A stretch of 55,186 nucleotides of DNA from a virus (Duplodnaviria > Caudoviricetes), in IMG/VR virus record IMGVR_UViG_3300029893_000267, positions 1-55,186 of that record. One strand, 5' to 3'. How positions within the stretch are numbered: position 1 is the stretch's first letter; every line of letters begins with the position of its first letter. The position numbers and the translations under genes are program-made. Shown piece by piece: positions 10,862-20,844 of the stretch. Under the pieces are notes generated by a model. It did not search any database, was not told the origin of the DNA, and was given only the letters and a program-made list of their open reading frames with translations.

Positions 10862-11875
10862 ATGAAAAAAGCGTTAATATTTGGAATAACCGGACAAGTA
10901 GGATCGTATTTAGCAGAATATTTATTAGATAAAAATTATCAAGTTTATGGAGTAAAAAGAAGAAGTTCTTCTTATAATACGCAGAGAATAGATCATATAT
11001 TCAATAACCCAAACTTAAAATTAATTTATGGAGATTTGACCGATTCTTTAACTGTTACTAATATTATTAAAGGAATAGAACCAGATGAAATTTACAATTT
11101 AGGTGCAATGTCTCATGTAAAAGTTTCCTTTGAAATTCCTGAATATACTGGGCAAGTAGATGCATTAGGAACATTAAGAATTTTAGAATCTGTTAGATTG
11201 TTAGGATTAGAACATAAAACTAAAATTCTTCAACTATCAACTTCTGAACTTTTTGGATTAGTTCAAGAAATTCCTCAAAAAGAAACCACTCCTTTTTATC
11301 CTCGTTCTCCTTATGGATGTGCTAAAGCGTATGGTTATTATATTACAAAAAATTATAGAGAATCATATGATATGTTTGCGTCTAATGTGATAATGTTTAA
11401 TACAGAATCTCCAAGACGAGGGGAAACTTTCGTAACTAAAAAAATTGTTATGGGGTTGAATGATATTTTAAGAAACAGAAAAGATTGTTTATATCTTGGA
11501 AATCTTTCAGCCCTAAGAGATTGGTCTCATGCAAAAGATATGGTAAAAGGATTTTATAAAATTTTACAACATAATATTTCAGATGATTTTGTATTAGCTT
11601 CGGGAGAGCAACATTCAGTTAAAGAATTTGTAGAAGTATCTGGTAAATATTTTAATATGAATATTGTTTGGGAAGGAGAAGGAATTGATGAAATCGGAAT
11701 TGATAAAAATACTAATAAAGTAGTTATTAACGTGGATGAGAAATATTATAGACCTGCTGAAGTACAAACTTTATTAGGAGATTATTCAAAGGCCAAAAAT
11801 GTATTAAATTGGAATCCGGAAATATCTTTTGAACAATTAGTAGAGGAAATGTGTGAATATGAATTATCAAGATAA
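10862..11875 (+). CDS. gmd: GDP-mannose 4,6-dehydratase
   Basis: [64 protein letters not shown]. Confidence 0.97.
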   Translation: MKKALIFGITGQVGSYLAEYLLDKNYQVYGVKRRSSSYNTQRIDHIFNNPNLKLIYGDLTDSLTVTNIIKGIEPDEIYNLGAMSHVKVSFEIPEYTGQVDALGTLRILESVRLLGLEHKTKILQLSTSELFGLVQEIPQKETTPFYPRSPYGCAKAYGYYITKNYRESYDMFASNVIMFNTESPRRGETFVTKKIVMGLNDILRNRKDCLYLGNLSALRDWSHAKDMVKGFYKILQHNISDDFVLASGEQHSVKEFVEVSGKYFNMNIVWEGEGIDEIGIDKNTNKVVINVDEKYYRPAEVQTLLGDYSKAKNVLNWNPEISFEQLVEEMCEYELSR

Positions 11876-12791
11876 AATATTAGTATTAGGAGCCACAGGA
11901 TTAGTTGGTTCGGCCATTGTCAGAGAATTAAAGCGATTAGGATATGAAAATTTATTAACTCCAACAAGACAAGAATTAGATTTATATAATGAACTATTTG
12001 TTAAAAGTTATTTTGTATATAATAAACCTGATTATGTATTTTTATGTGCTGCAGATGTTGGAGGAATTAAATATAATGTAAATAATTCTGGTTCTATTTT
12101 ATATAATAATTTAAGAATACAAAACAATGTCATTCATAATTCATATGAAAATAATGTTAAAAAATTATTATTTCTTGGCAGTTCTTGCTGTTATCCTGCG
12201 GGAATTGATAGAGCAATTGTAGAAACGGATTTATTAACAGGTCCATTAGAGCCTACTAATGAAGGATATGCATTAGCAAAGATTGCGGGCATTAAACTTC
12301 TTCAAAATTATAAGAAACAATATGGATTTAATTCTGTTTCCGTAATGCCTAATAATATTACCGGACCTAATGATAAATTTGATCCAGAAAATGGACATTT
12401 AGTTGGGTCGTTGATTTATAACTTTGTTAATGCTAATATTAATAATTTACCTTTTGTAGAATGTTGGGGAGACGGTTCTGCAAAAAGAGAAATTGTTTAT
12501 TCTGATGATGTTGCTAATGCTTGCGTGTTTTTAATGAATAATTATGAAGAAAACGAAATTGTTAATATAGGAACTAATTGGGATTATTGTATTAGAGATA
12601 TAGTACGCAATGTTAAAATTCTGACAGGATACGAAGGAAAGGTTGTTTGGAAGGATAATGGATTAGTTGGAATGAAAAGAAAATTATTAAAATCAAATAA
12701 ATTATTTGATTTAGGATGGCGTCCGAAGTATAATTTATATACTTCAATAGAAAAAACTGTAGATTGGTATTTAAAACATAAAATTAATTAG
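11859..12791 (+). CDS. fcl: GDP-L-fucose synthase / ColC-like epimerase-reductase
   Basis: [43 protein letters not shown]; follows gmd. Confidence 0.9.
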   Translation: MNYQDKILVLGATGLVGSAIVRELKRLGYENLLTPTRQELDLYNELFVKSYFVYNKPDYVFLCAADVGGIKYNVNNSGSILYNNLRIQNNVIHNSYENNVKKLLFLGSSCCYPAGIDRAIVETDLLTGPLEPTNEGYALAKIAGIKLLQNYKKQYGFNSVSVMPNNITGPNDKFDPENGHLVGSLIYNFVNANINNLPFVECWGDGSAKREIVYSDDVANACVFLMNNYEENEIVNIGTNWDYCIRDIVRNVKILTGYEGKVVWKDNGLVGMKRKLLKSNKLFDLGWRPKYNLYTSIEKTVDWYLKHKIN

Positions 12792-12799
12792 GAGTTGTC

Positions 12800-13990
12800 G
12801 TGGATTGGAAATTAATGGGGAATTGTATATCATTCTCTGATAAATTAAAAATGGCTAAATTTATATTAACAAATAATAGATTTTCTAATGGGGAAAGGGT
12901 AAAACAATTTGAAAGAGAATGGAATGAATGGTTAGGTAGTTCTTATTCTTTATTTGTTTCTTCTGGATCAACCGCCAATTTTTTATTATTGGCCGCTATA
13001 ATCGAGAAATATAATTTAAAAAGAGGGGATAAAGTTTTAGTATCCTCTTGTACTTGGATGACTAATATTTCTCCTATTATTCAATTAGGATTAGTGCCAG
13101 TTTTTTGTGATATTGATTTACATGATTTTTCTTTTAAAGAAGAAGACCTAGAATATATTTCTAAAAATTATGATATCAAACTTATATTTGTAACTCATAT
13201 TTTAGGGTTTGTTTCTGATCAAGAAAAAATTGAAAAATATTTTCCAAAAACCTTGATTATTGATGATGCATGTGAAACAATGGGGGGTAGAGACAGTTCC
13301 GGGCATAAATTAGGATCAAATTTGTTTGGATTTAGAGACGGATATAATTCTTTAGGAACAACTTTTTCTACTTACATCGGCCATCATTTTTCAAGTGTGG
13401 AGGGAGGAATAGTTTCTACATATGATGAAGATTTATACGATTTAATGAAAATGAAAAGAAGTCATGGTTTAGCTAGGGAATCTAAATCTTTTAATTATTA
13501 TAAATTTGCATATCAAGCATTAGATTCTCAATTTTTATTTATTACTGATGGATATAATTTTAGGAATACTGAAATTGGCGCTGTATTAGCATCTTCCCAA
13601 CTAAAACGATTAGATAATTTTATTAGAATTAGAAATGAAAATTTTAAAGAATTTTCTAAATTAACTCAGTTTTATTTTGATAAAGTATATCCTTATAACT
13701 ATAAACAAACTAATTCTTATTTTGCTTTTCCTATTATTTGTAGGAATGAAACAACTTTTAAAAAAATAAAAAATCTTTTATCTGAAAATAATATAGAATT
13801 TAGGCCAATTATTTCTGGTAATATTGTTAAACAACCATTCTTACAACGATTAAATTATAAGATTGGATATAAAAAGTCGTTTTATGATGTAAATATTATT
13901 CATAATTTAGGAGTATATATTGGAAATAACCAATTTATTAATAAAAAACATATTAAGTATCTTGAAGAAAAAATATTTTCTAAACTTTAA
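12800..13990 (+). CDS. PLP-dependent DegT-fold enzyme, ColD-like GDP-4-keto-6-deoxymannose 3-dehydratase
   Basis: SSGSTAN, DDACE.MG, TFSTYIGHHFSSVEGG (His at the usual Schiff-base Lys position), RSHG, GYNFR, RPIISGN. Confidence 0.8.
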   Translation: MDWKLMGNCISFSDKLKMAKFILTNNRFSNGERVKQFEREWNEWLGSSYSLFVSSGSTANFLLLAAIIEKYNLKRGDKVLVSSCTWMTNISPIIQLGLVPVFCDIDLHDFSFKEEDLEYISKNYDIKLIFVTHILGFVSDQEKIEKYFPKTLIIDDACETMGGRDSSGHKLGSNLFGFRDGYNSLGTTFSTYIGHHFSSVEGGIVSTYDEDLYDLMKMKRSHGLARESKSFNYYKFAYQALDSQFLFITDGYNFRNTEIGAVLASSQLKRLDNFIRIRNENFKEFSKLTQFYFDKVYPYNYKQTNSYFAFPIICRNETTFKKIKNLLSENNIEFRPIISGNIVKQPFLQRLNYKIGYKKSFYDVNIIHNLGVYIGNNQFINKKHIKYLEEKIFSKL

Positions 13991-14006
13991 TTAAGAAAAT
14001 TAACTA

Positions 14007-14930
14007 ATGATTGAAAAAGACAGAAAAAATGTACAAGAGATTGAAGAATTTTTAATTGAAAACGATATTCCTTATGAAAAGGAAGATGATTTTATATTTA
14101 ATCTTTTAAATGATATTAATGTTCAAATCAGATATACTAATTCATATGATTTAAAAATTGGATATAAAAGATTTGGATATGAAGGAGTATCTAACAAATA
14201 TGCATTTGAAATTTCCAAATCTCAAGAAGATAAAGGAATTCAAGTAATGTGGTGGAGAGATTTTGAAAAAGATAATAAAAGGAAAAATGAAGTTATTAAA
14301 TCTTATGTTTTAGCTTCTTGTGGAAAAGTTAAAAATAGAGTTTATGGGAGGGATTGCGAAGTCAGAGAAATTCCTTCTAAAGAACTTAGACTATTTTTAG
14401 AAACTAATTGTTTTTATGGATATAGAAGTGCATCTAAAAATTATGGACTTTATTTGAAAAAGGATAAGGGAGAATTAAAAAAAGATACTTTAGTAATGAT
14501 GTGGAGTTTAGGACATCCTTTTTTTGGTAAAAAATTATATGATCTTGAAATTATTAGAGCTTCAACTCTTCTTTACACTCAAGTTGTAGGTGGAGCTTCT
14601 AAATTATTTTCTCATATAAAAGATATTGAAACTATCAGGTGCGGTAAAGAAGATATTACTTGGAATTCTTTATGTTTTTATGTTGATTATTGTCATAATA
14701 CAGGAAAATCTCTTCCAGTTTTAGGATTTAAATTTTGGAATTATTCTGGGGGAGGATTTATGAATATTAATACAGAGACAGGCGAAGCTTTTAATAGAAA
14801 GCCTGCTATTCATAAACAAGTAATGGAATGGATGGCTCAAGGAAAAGTTATTTCCACTCCTTTAGCTGGCGTTAAAACTTACGTTTATTGTAAAGATGGA
14901 GATTATTCTCAATATGGAATAATAGAATAA
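14007..14930 (+). CDS. Hef-related protein with GNAT/Mom-like C-terminal domain and eroded nuclease domain
   Basis: VYGRDCEVREI...FLETN...YGLY...EIIR...VVGGASKLF...YVD...G...LGF parallels the C-terminus of the 5868-7603 product. Confidence 0.6.
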   Translation: MIEKDRKNVQEIEEFLIENDIPYEKEDDFIFNLLNDINVQIRYTNSYDLKIGYKRFGYEGVSNKYAFEISKSQEDKGIQVMWWRDFEKDNKRKNEVIKSYVLASCGKVKNRVYGRDCEVREIPSKELRLFLETNCFYGYRSASKNYGLYLKKDKGELKKDTLVMMWSLGHPFFGKKLYDLEIIRASTLLYTQVVGGASKLFSHIKDIETIRCGKEDITWNSLCFYVDYCHNTGKSLPVLGFKFWNYSGGGFMNINTETGEAFNRKPAIHKQVMEWMAQGKVISTPLAGVKTYVYCKDGDYSQYGIIE

Positions 14931-14938
14931 TATAAATA
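14931..14938 (+). promoter_or_regulatory. T4-type late promoter (TATAAATA)
   Basis: Exact motif directly after the upstream stop and before ATG 14944. Confidence 0.7.
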
Positions 14939-14943
14939 TATTA

Positions 14944-15514
14944 ATGAATATAACAAAAAAAATTTAAAGATAATCTTATTTGTATAGATAAAAAGGTTAG
15001 AGAAGAAATTATTTCAGAATCTTCTCTAGCTTTTTTTGTTTCTAATCCTGTTAAAAAAGAGGAATCTAAGTTAACAATTGAACAAAACAAAGAAAAAATT
15101 TTATTTGAACAAGTAGATAAAATAATTAATAATACCAAAAAAGTAGAAATAGAAACTAAAGATAAAATATCACAAGAAATTGAATTATTAAATAATAGAT
15201 TTAAATATTTAGAAAAAGCTATTAACCAAATTAATATAGTTAGTTTAGATGGTGGTGGAGCTGGACAAATTTATAATTTAAATATGTCAACTAGACAAGC
15301 AAATGGAAACGTTTCTATAGGAAGAACTGATTATTATATAGGAATTAATTCTAATACTAAAAGTTATGTAACTTTACCTTCTTTGGGGCAAAATTTATAT
15401 AATGGAAGGGTTATAGTAATTAAAGACGAATCGAGCCATGCTTCTTTAACTCCTATAAAAATAGAAGGAATTATTGATAATGATCCTTCAGGAGCTATTA
15501 TACAAACTAATTAA
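14944..15514 (+). pseudogene. Disrupted virion-associated gene (coiled coil, GGGAG, beta domain)
   Basis: ATG 14944 is thrown out of frame by A8 (14955-14962); with A7 the frame runs through DGGGAG and DYYIGIN...IVIKDES to 15514; C-terminus looks truncated. Confidence 0.6.
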
Positions 15515-16723
15515 GAATATCTGAAGTTAGACTATTAGGAGAATATCGTTGTCAATATAACTGCGGTACTCAAATGGTGATGAATGATTATTTATTAAAT
15601 AATGGAATTTTAACCGCTGATTATGCTAATAATCAATTTATTGCTTCTGTTTCTACTTCTAATGGAGATAGTGTAGTTAGAAGTACAAAACAATATCATG
15701 CTTATATTCCTGGTACAGGAAATGTAGCATATTTTACCTTTGTTATGGATCAAGCAAAAACAAATTTAATACAAAGTTGTGGGCTGTTTGATAATTATAA
15801 TGGAATGTATTTTAGAATGAATGGAACAGTTCCTGAATTTGTAGTTAGAAAAAAAAGGAATTGATTATAATATAGTTCCTCAATCTCAATGGAATATTGA
15901 TAGAATGGATGGAACTATGAATGAATATAATCCTTCCGGGAATTTAATAGATTTTTCTAAAACTCAAATTTTAGTAATTGATTATCAATGGCTTGGGGTT
16001 GGAAGAATTAGAATAGGATTTTTTACAGAAAAAGGAGTTTTACAATATTGTCATAATTTTAATCATTCTAATTTAGACGAGGAAGTTTATCATAATCAAC
16101 CTTCTCTTCCATGTAGATGGGAAATTAAAAATATAGGAACAACTTCTTCAAGTTCTTCTATGAAATTGTTATGTTCCGCCGTATATTGTGAAGGATCTGT
16201 GCACGAAACTGGTTATACGAGGGCGGTTAGTACAGGAAATACTAATATTACGTTAACTATAGCTAATTCTGTAAATGGATATGGAATATTGGCAGTAAGA
16301 TTAAAAAATTCTTTAGCCGACAAAGAAAATAGAGGTAGTGCAAAATTAAAAAATTATTCTATTATATCTAATCAAGATGCCAATTATAAAATAGTTATAT
16401 TACCGGATACAAATAAATTAGTTAATCCTAACGTAACTTGGACAAGTATTCCTGGATATAGTTATTGTGAATATATTACTAATTTTTCTTTGTCTTCTGA
16501 TTGGTTTGCTAATAACTATTTTATAATTATTAATGATGATTATGTAGTTGGTGGACAGGGAAATAAACCCGGAACTCCTGAAGAGTTTGATGTAATTAAT
16601 CAGACTTCATCTATATACCAAAATTATAATTCAAATAATAGTCAAATATTAGCAATGGTAGGTTATAGATTAACTTCGGATGCAACAATAAAAGGTTCTT
16701 TTACTTGGCTAGAAGTAAAATAA
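15511..16723 (+). pseudogene. Disrupted large-phage structural-type gene (beta-rich)
   Basis: Open frame LRISEVRLLGEY... precedes ATG 15574; ORFs 15574-15864 and 15905-16723 join (VVRKKGIDYNIVPQSQWNIDRMDG) if A8 at 15849-15856 were A7; IDYQWLGVGRIR motif. Confidence 0.65.
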
Positions 16724-16726
16724 TTT

Positions 16727-16734
16727 TATAAATA
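16727..16734 (+). promoter_or_regulatory. T4-type late promoter (TATAAATA)
   Basis: Exact motif in the 17-nt gap before ATG 16741. Confidence 0.75.
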
Positions 16735-16740
16735 TTTAGT

Positions 16741-17928
16741 ATGAAAAAGAAAAAATTAATTAAAAAAGATATTAATAATTTAGGAATAAAATCAAAAATC
16801 CCTACTGATGGATTTAATCAGACTTTTGATATTAGAGGATTAGGAGGAAGTTTTCCTGCTTCTGGTATTGGAGATCCTTTATATAGAGAATCTATAGATC
16901 AACCTACTATTGATATGGCGGTAACTGGTTATATAGGAGCTTCAAATAAAGATCCTTTAATGACTTTGAAAGATAAAGAATTACAAAAAATAAAAAATAA
17001 AAAGGTAATTAATATGGATAATATTAAAGAAGAAAAAACTCCTAGAGCTAAAATAGTTCCGGTTAAAGATAAAGTTTCTGGAGAAACAGAACATCATGTG
17101 GTAGATTCTTCTGGAAGAACTAGAAAAATTTTTAAAAGTAAGGCATTAGCTAAAAGATATTTTTATCATAATTATTATGAACTGCATGAAGAAGTTATAG
17201 AAGAAGAAAGAATTGGACCCTTAATGCGGTTTATTCTTTCTATTGGAATAGATCCTAAAAAATTAAGTAAAGATGAAATTGAAAAATGGTCCAATTCTCA
17301 AAGATATAAAACTTTCAGGAAATATAGAAGGATAAAAAGGATTGCGCAACAGAATGCCGCTCATGATCCTAATTTACAACAAGAAAATTTTGTAAATGAA
17401 AAACATATGACTAAAACTGAAAAAGAAAAGGAAGAAAAATTAAAGGATAAATATGATGATTCTGAAATGAAAGAAAAAATGATTAAACAATATGGAGAAA
17501 AAAAAGGAAAAGAAATTTATTTTGCTACTATCAGAAAACAAGCAATGAAAGAAGATCTTGACGAAGGTTCTATAGTAGATTATTCTAATAGAGATAATTT
17601 AATAAAACATCTTAAAAAGTTAGGATGGAAACAAGATTCTGAAGGATCTAAACATACTAAATTTATTCATCCAAAGACAACCAAACATATTGCAGTTCCT
17701 AGACATAAAGTGTTGAATAAAGTTTTATCAAATAGACTAGCTAAAGAGGCTTCTGTTTTAATAAACGAATCAGAAAATAAATATAAAAATTTATTAGATA
17801 AAATTATGAAAGGAAGAAAAGGGGTTAATAAAGAACAAGGAGAAAAGGTTATTGTAGGAGGAAAAACTCTTACAGGAAAAAAACGAAATTCCATTATAAT
17901 AAATCCTATTATTAAAAAGAAAAGATAA
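16741..17928 (+). CDS. Late modular, probably head-internal protein containing a HicA-like RNase domain (17566-17769)
   Basis: RDNLIKHLKKLGW...EGSKHTKFIHP....IAVPRH..L...L...L.KEA matches the HicA pattern; modules separated by hydrophobic-x-E motifs. Confidence 0.7.
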   Translation: MKKKKLIKKDINNLGIKSKIPTDGFNQTFDIRGLGGSFPASGIGDPLYRESIDQPTIDMAVTGYIGASNKDPLMTLKDKELQKIKNKKVINMDNIKEEKTPRAKIVPVKDKVSGETEHHVVDSSGRTRKIFKSKALAKRYFYHNYYELHEEVIEEERIGPLMRFILSIGIDPKKLSKDEIEKWSNSQRYKTFRKYRRIKRIAQQNAAHDPNLQQENFVNEKHMTKTEKEKEEKLKDKYDDSEMKEKMIKQYGEKKGKEIYFATIRKQAMKEDLDEGSIVDYSNRDNLIKHLKKLGWKQDSEGSKHTKFIHPKTTKHIAVPRHKVLNKVLSNRLAKEASVLINESENKYKNLLDKIMKGRKGVNKEQGEKVIVGGKTLTGKKRNSIIINPIIKKKR

Positions 17929-17950
17929 GAATTATAGTAATTATAATAAT

Positions 17951-17958
17951 TATAAATA
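17951..17958 (+). promoter_or_regulatory. T4-type late promoter (TATAAATA)
   Basis: Exact motif upstream of GAGG RBS and ATG 17993. Confidence 0.75.
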
Positions 17959-17992
17959 ATATAATAAAAACAATAATAAGAGGATAAATAAG

Positions 17993-18832
17993 ATGGCACA
18001 ATGGGGTAACACTGATGCTAATGCTAATAGCAAACCAAAATGGGCATTAGAAAGAACTATTAGAATCAAAGAAAGATTAATTGCAAATGCAGTAACTAAT
18101 TCAATCGGATCTACTGCAAATGTTATAACATTTGTGTCTACCGGAAATGCTACTGCTAATATGATTATTTCTGGTAATAATATTAATTATATTAATCCCA
18201 CTCCCGGATTTTTTGGCGGTAATGTTAAAATAACTTCTGTAGATTCTGGAAATGGTAATGTAACTATTTCTGCTCCTGTTTCTAAAAATGTTCAAGTAGG
18301 AGATGTTTTTGAAATCGACACTTTATTAGAATCTGATTATTCTGTTTCTAAAAATGATAATAATTATAATAAAAATACTATTTTAGTAACGCCGGGAAGG
18401 CTTGCTAATGCAACATTTGGAAATACTACCGGAGCTGGAAGTGAAGTTACTCATCTAGGATGGAATAAAGTTACTCAAGGAACGGGATTTGTAAAAAATG
18501 TTACTGTTACCGTGGCAAATTCTTTACAATCTTATACAAATGCGTATGTTACATTTGGCGCAGCTAGAGGAGCTAATATTACTTCCGCTAATGGGCGAAT
18601 AGTTGTTACTGGAGCTGCATTGAATGTAGTAACTTTTATTTTAAATTCTGGAGGTTCTGGATATGCTAACACTCCTACTGTTTCTGCTTCTGGGGCTAAC
18701 AATGCTAATTTAGTTTTTGCTGTTACTATGGGTGGAAGAGCAGGAAGAGTTAGTGCCGAATGTTTAGTTGCATTAAGTAATTGTTCTTCGGCTAATGCAA
18801 ACGCCGGGGGCGTATATTTTACTGGGGTTTAA
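17993..18832 (+). CDS. Virion structural protein (Ala/Asn/Gly/Thr-rich; head decoration or fibre-like)
   Basis: MAQWGNTD..KPKW, H.GW, GGSGY..TPTV, GGRAGRV..E.LVA; late promoter; composition. Confidence 0.7.
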   Translation: MAQWGNTDANANSKPKWALERTIRIKERLIANAVTNSIGSTANVITFVSTGNATANMIISGNNINYINPTPGFFGGNVKITSVDSGNGNVTISAPVSKNVQVGDVFEIDTLLESDYSVSKNDNNYNKNTILVTPGRLANATFGNTTGAGSEVTHLGWNKVTQGTGFVKNVTVTVANSLQSYTNAYVTFGAARGANITSANGRIVVTGAALNVVTFILNSGGSGYANTPTVSASGANNANLVFAVTMGGRAGRVSAECLVALSNCSSANANAGGVYFTGV

Positions 18833-19013
18833 TATGAACAAATTTATAAATTTTCACAAAGCTAAATATGGATTTGATATTCATTTTTGGTTGAAAAATT
18901 ATAGAGTTATATTGGAATTTTATAACTTTAAAAAAATTAATGAAGAAAATAAAAAAGATTCTATGGGATATTGGTGGAAAACTGTTGGACAATATAATAC
19001 AAGGAAATTATAA
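18833..19013 (+). CDS. Small hypothetical protein
   Basis: Open frame filling the gap between two late genes; likely start at MNKFINF rather than the track start at 18795. Confidence 0.4.
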
Positions 19014-19423
19014 TGAAAAAGTTTTCGGATTTTTTAAAAGAGAATTATTTTGGAGTTCCCGTAATTTCAGTAGAAAAGACTAAAGTTAACGCCAGTACAA
19101 CTTCTTGTATTAATGAGATAAATAAGAACTTATCTCAAACTTTATCTGTAGGATTTACTGGGGTATTAGAAGGATTTAATAAAGCAAGAGAAACTTTAGA
19201 AAAATACGGAATTTTATTACCTCAAACAACTTTTAATGATAATATATTCGGAATTAAAATTATTCCAGTAAATCAATTTGGTAATGTTTCTGGAGCTAAA
19301 TTAAATGGAGAAATTGATTCCCCTAATAAAGGAGAAAATAAATTATTTTTTAAATTTTTTTATATTAAGGGAAATGATGGGGTTTATAGATGTAATGGAT
19401 TTTTAGGATATAATGATATTTGA
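19013..19423 (+). CDS. Hypothetical late protein with capsid-targeting-like leader
   Basis: N-terminus MKKFSDFLKE. Confidence 0.65.
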   Translation: MKKFSDFLKENYFGVPVISVEKTKVNASTTSCINEINKNLSQTLSVGFTGVLEGFNKARETLEKYGILLPQTTFNDNIFGIKIIPVNQFGNVSGAKLNGEIDSPNKGENKLFFKFFYIKGNDGVYRCNGFLGYNDI

Positions 19424-19802
19424 TAATTTAACTGAAGATAATTTTTTGTTGTATGCAGCTAAAAATTATCAATCTGTTTTTTATCTTCAACATGAATTTG
19501 AAGAAGATTTAAATAGAATAAAATATCTAAAAAGAATATTTAAAAAATATAAAATAGACAACAATTTAAAACTTCAATTAGCTTTAAATCATATAATATT
19601 ATTAAATAATTCTTTTACTGCAGAACCCACCGTAAGAATATTATTTTTTAAAATTGAAGAAATATACTATCCAATTTTAAAAACTTTTTTTGTATATTTA
19701 AATATTATGCCAGATATAGTAAACGGAATAAACGGGAAAAATATTATTTCTTCTGATATAATGTTAGATATGCAAATAGTACAATTATTAAGAGAAATAT
19801 AA
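19413..19802 (+). CDS. Conserved T4-like-phage hypothetical protein
   Basis: FDNLTEDNFLLYAAKNY...EFEEDL.RIKYLKR...LNHII.L.N.F...LKTF..YLN pattern, recalled from T4-like phages upstream of primase. Confidence 0.75.
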   Translation: MIFDNLTEDNFLLYAAKNYQSVFYLQHEFEEDLNRIKYLKRIFKKYKIDNNLKLQLALNHIILLNNSFTAEPTVRILFFKIEEIYYPILKTFFVYLNIMPDIVNGINGKNIISSDIMLDMQIVQLLREI

Positions 19803-19804
19803 AA

Positions 19805-20209
19805 ATGAAAAAATTTAAAATTTTAAAAGAAGAATTAGAAAATAAAGAATTATTAGCAGAACAATTCTTTTTATTAGGCAGAGATATTGCCACAAAAATT
19901 CATTACTTTCATTTAACAACTTCAAGTTATGCTGAACATGTAGCCACTAATACTTTTTATACTGATATTATTCCATTAATAGATTCTTTTTCAGAATCTT
20001 ATATTGGTAAATATGGAAAATTTGATGTTAAACCTCCTATTTTTGCTGGTATTAAATATTCAGATGCAATTAGCATGATTTCTGAATTTAATGATTGGAT
20101 TAAAAATAATAGAAATTCAATTTGCGAAGATTCTGAAATTCAAAATATTATTGATGAAATAGTTTCTTTAAACGATTCAAGTTTATATAAATTGAAAGAG
20201 CTTCATTAA
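19805..20209 (+). CDS. Ferritin/Dps-like four-helix bundle protein
   Basis: HYFHL.T.SYAEH.A...FY......D.F.E.Y.G.YG; EIQNIIDEI...LYKL. Confidence 0.75.
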   Translation: MKKFKILKEELENKELLAEQFFLLGRDIATKIHYFHLTTSSYAEHVATNTFYTDIIPLIDSFSESYIGKYGKFDVKPPIFAGIKYSDAISMISEFNDWIKNNRNSICEDSEIQNIIDEIVSLNDSSLYKLKELH

Positions 20210-20844
20210 TGGATGTTAAAAATATTTTAACAAAAGAAAAAATAAAATTAATTCTGTCTGGGAATTCAGAATATGAAGATTGGTATAATTCTTTTATTAA
20301 AATATTGCCTAGTTATGATATTAATACAGTTGAAAGAATTTCTATGTTTTTGGCGCAAACTTGTCATGAATCTTCTAATTATACAAAATTGGAAGAAAAT
20401 CTTAATTATTCGTATCTTGGATTATTAAGAACCTTTAAAAAATATTTTTCTTCTGAAAAATCGGCCAAATTATATGAAAAGAAAAAAGAAAAAATCGCTA
20501 ACAAAGTTTATGGTAATAGATATGGAAATGGAAATGAATTAAGTGGAGACGGTTATAAATTTAGAGGAAGAGGACCAATTCAAATTACCTTTAAAAATAA
20601 TTACGAAGAATTTTCAAATTTTTTATTTGGCGATGATAGGGTAGTAAAAAACCCGGATTTAATATTAATAAACAAAGATGTTTGTGTTCATTCTGCTTGT
20701 TGGTTTTGGTATAAAAACAATTTAAATAATTCCGCAGATAAAAAGGATATTACTACTAATACTAAGATTATTAATGGTGGTAATAATGGACTAAAAGATA
20801 GAATTAAAAAATATAATCTTATAATTAATATTTTAAAAACGTGA
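20209..20844 (+). CDS. GH19 chitinase-like endolysin
   Basis: FLAQTCHES...LEENLNYS, DGYKFRGRGPIQIT...NY, SACWFW, TKIINGG.NGL.DR. Confidence 0.92.
   Translation: MDVKNILTKEKIKLILSGNSEYEDWYNSFIKILPSYDINTVERISMFLAQTCHESSNYTKLEENLNYSYLGLLRTFKKYFSSEKSAKLYEKKKEKIANKVYGNRYGNGNELSGDGYKFRGRGPIQITFKNNYEEFSNFLFGDDRVVKNPDLILINKDVCVHSACWFWYKNNLNNSADKKDITTNTKIINGGNNGLKDRIKKYNLIINILKT

Noticed and set aside
81-13990. Bacterial O-antigen/capsule locus (host contamination or chimera)
   Set aside because: No wzx/wzy/ABC export or initiating transferase; contains phage-type endonuclease genes and a TATAAATA motif; same composition and strand as the T4-like genes
17566-17769. Classical hicAB toxin-antitoxin operon
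   Set aside because: The HicA-like segment is an internal domain of a 395-aa protein and neither neighbour resembles HicB
17929-17992. TAAT/TATAAT-rich quasi-palindrome as a terminator or ncRNA
   Set aside because: Pure A/T low-complexity sequence with no GC stem; explained by the late promoter and leader. I could not support any intrinsic terminator in the window
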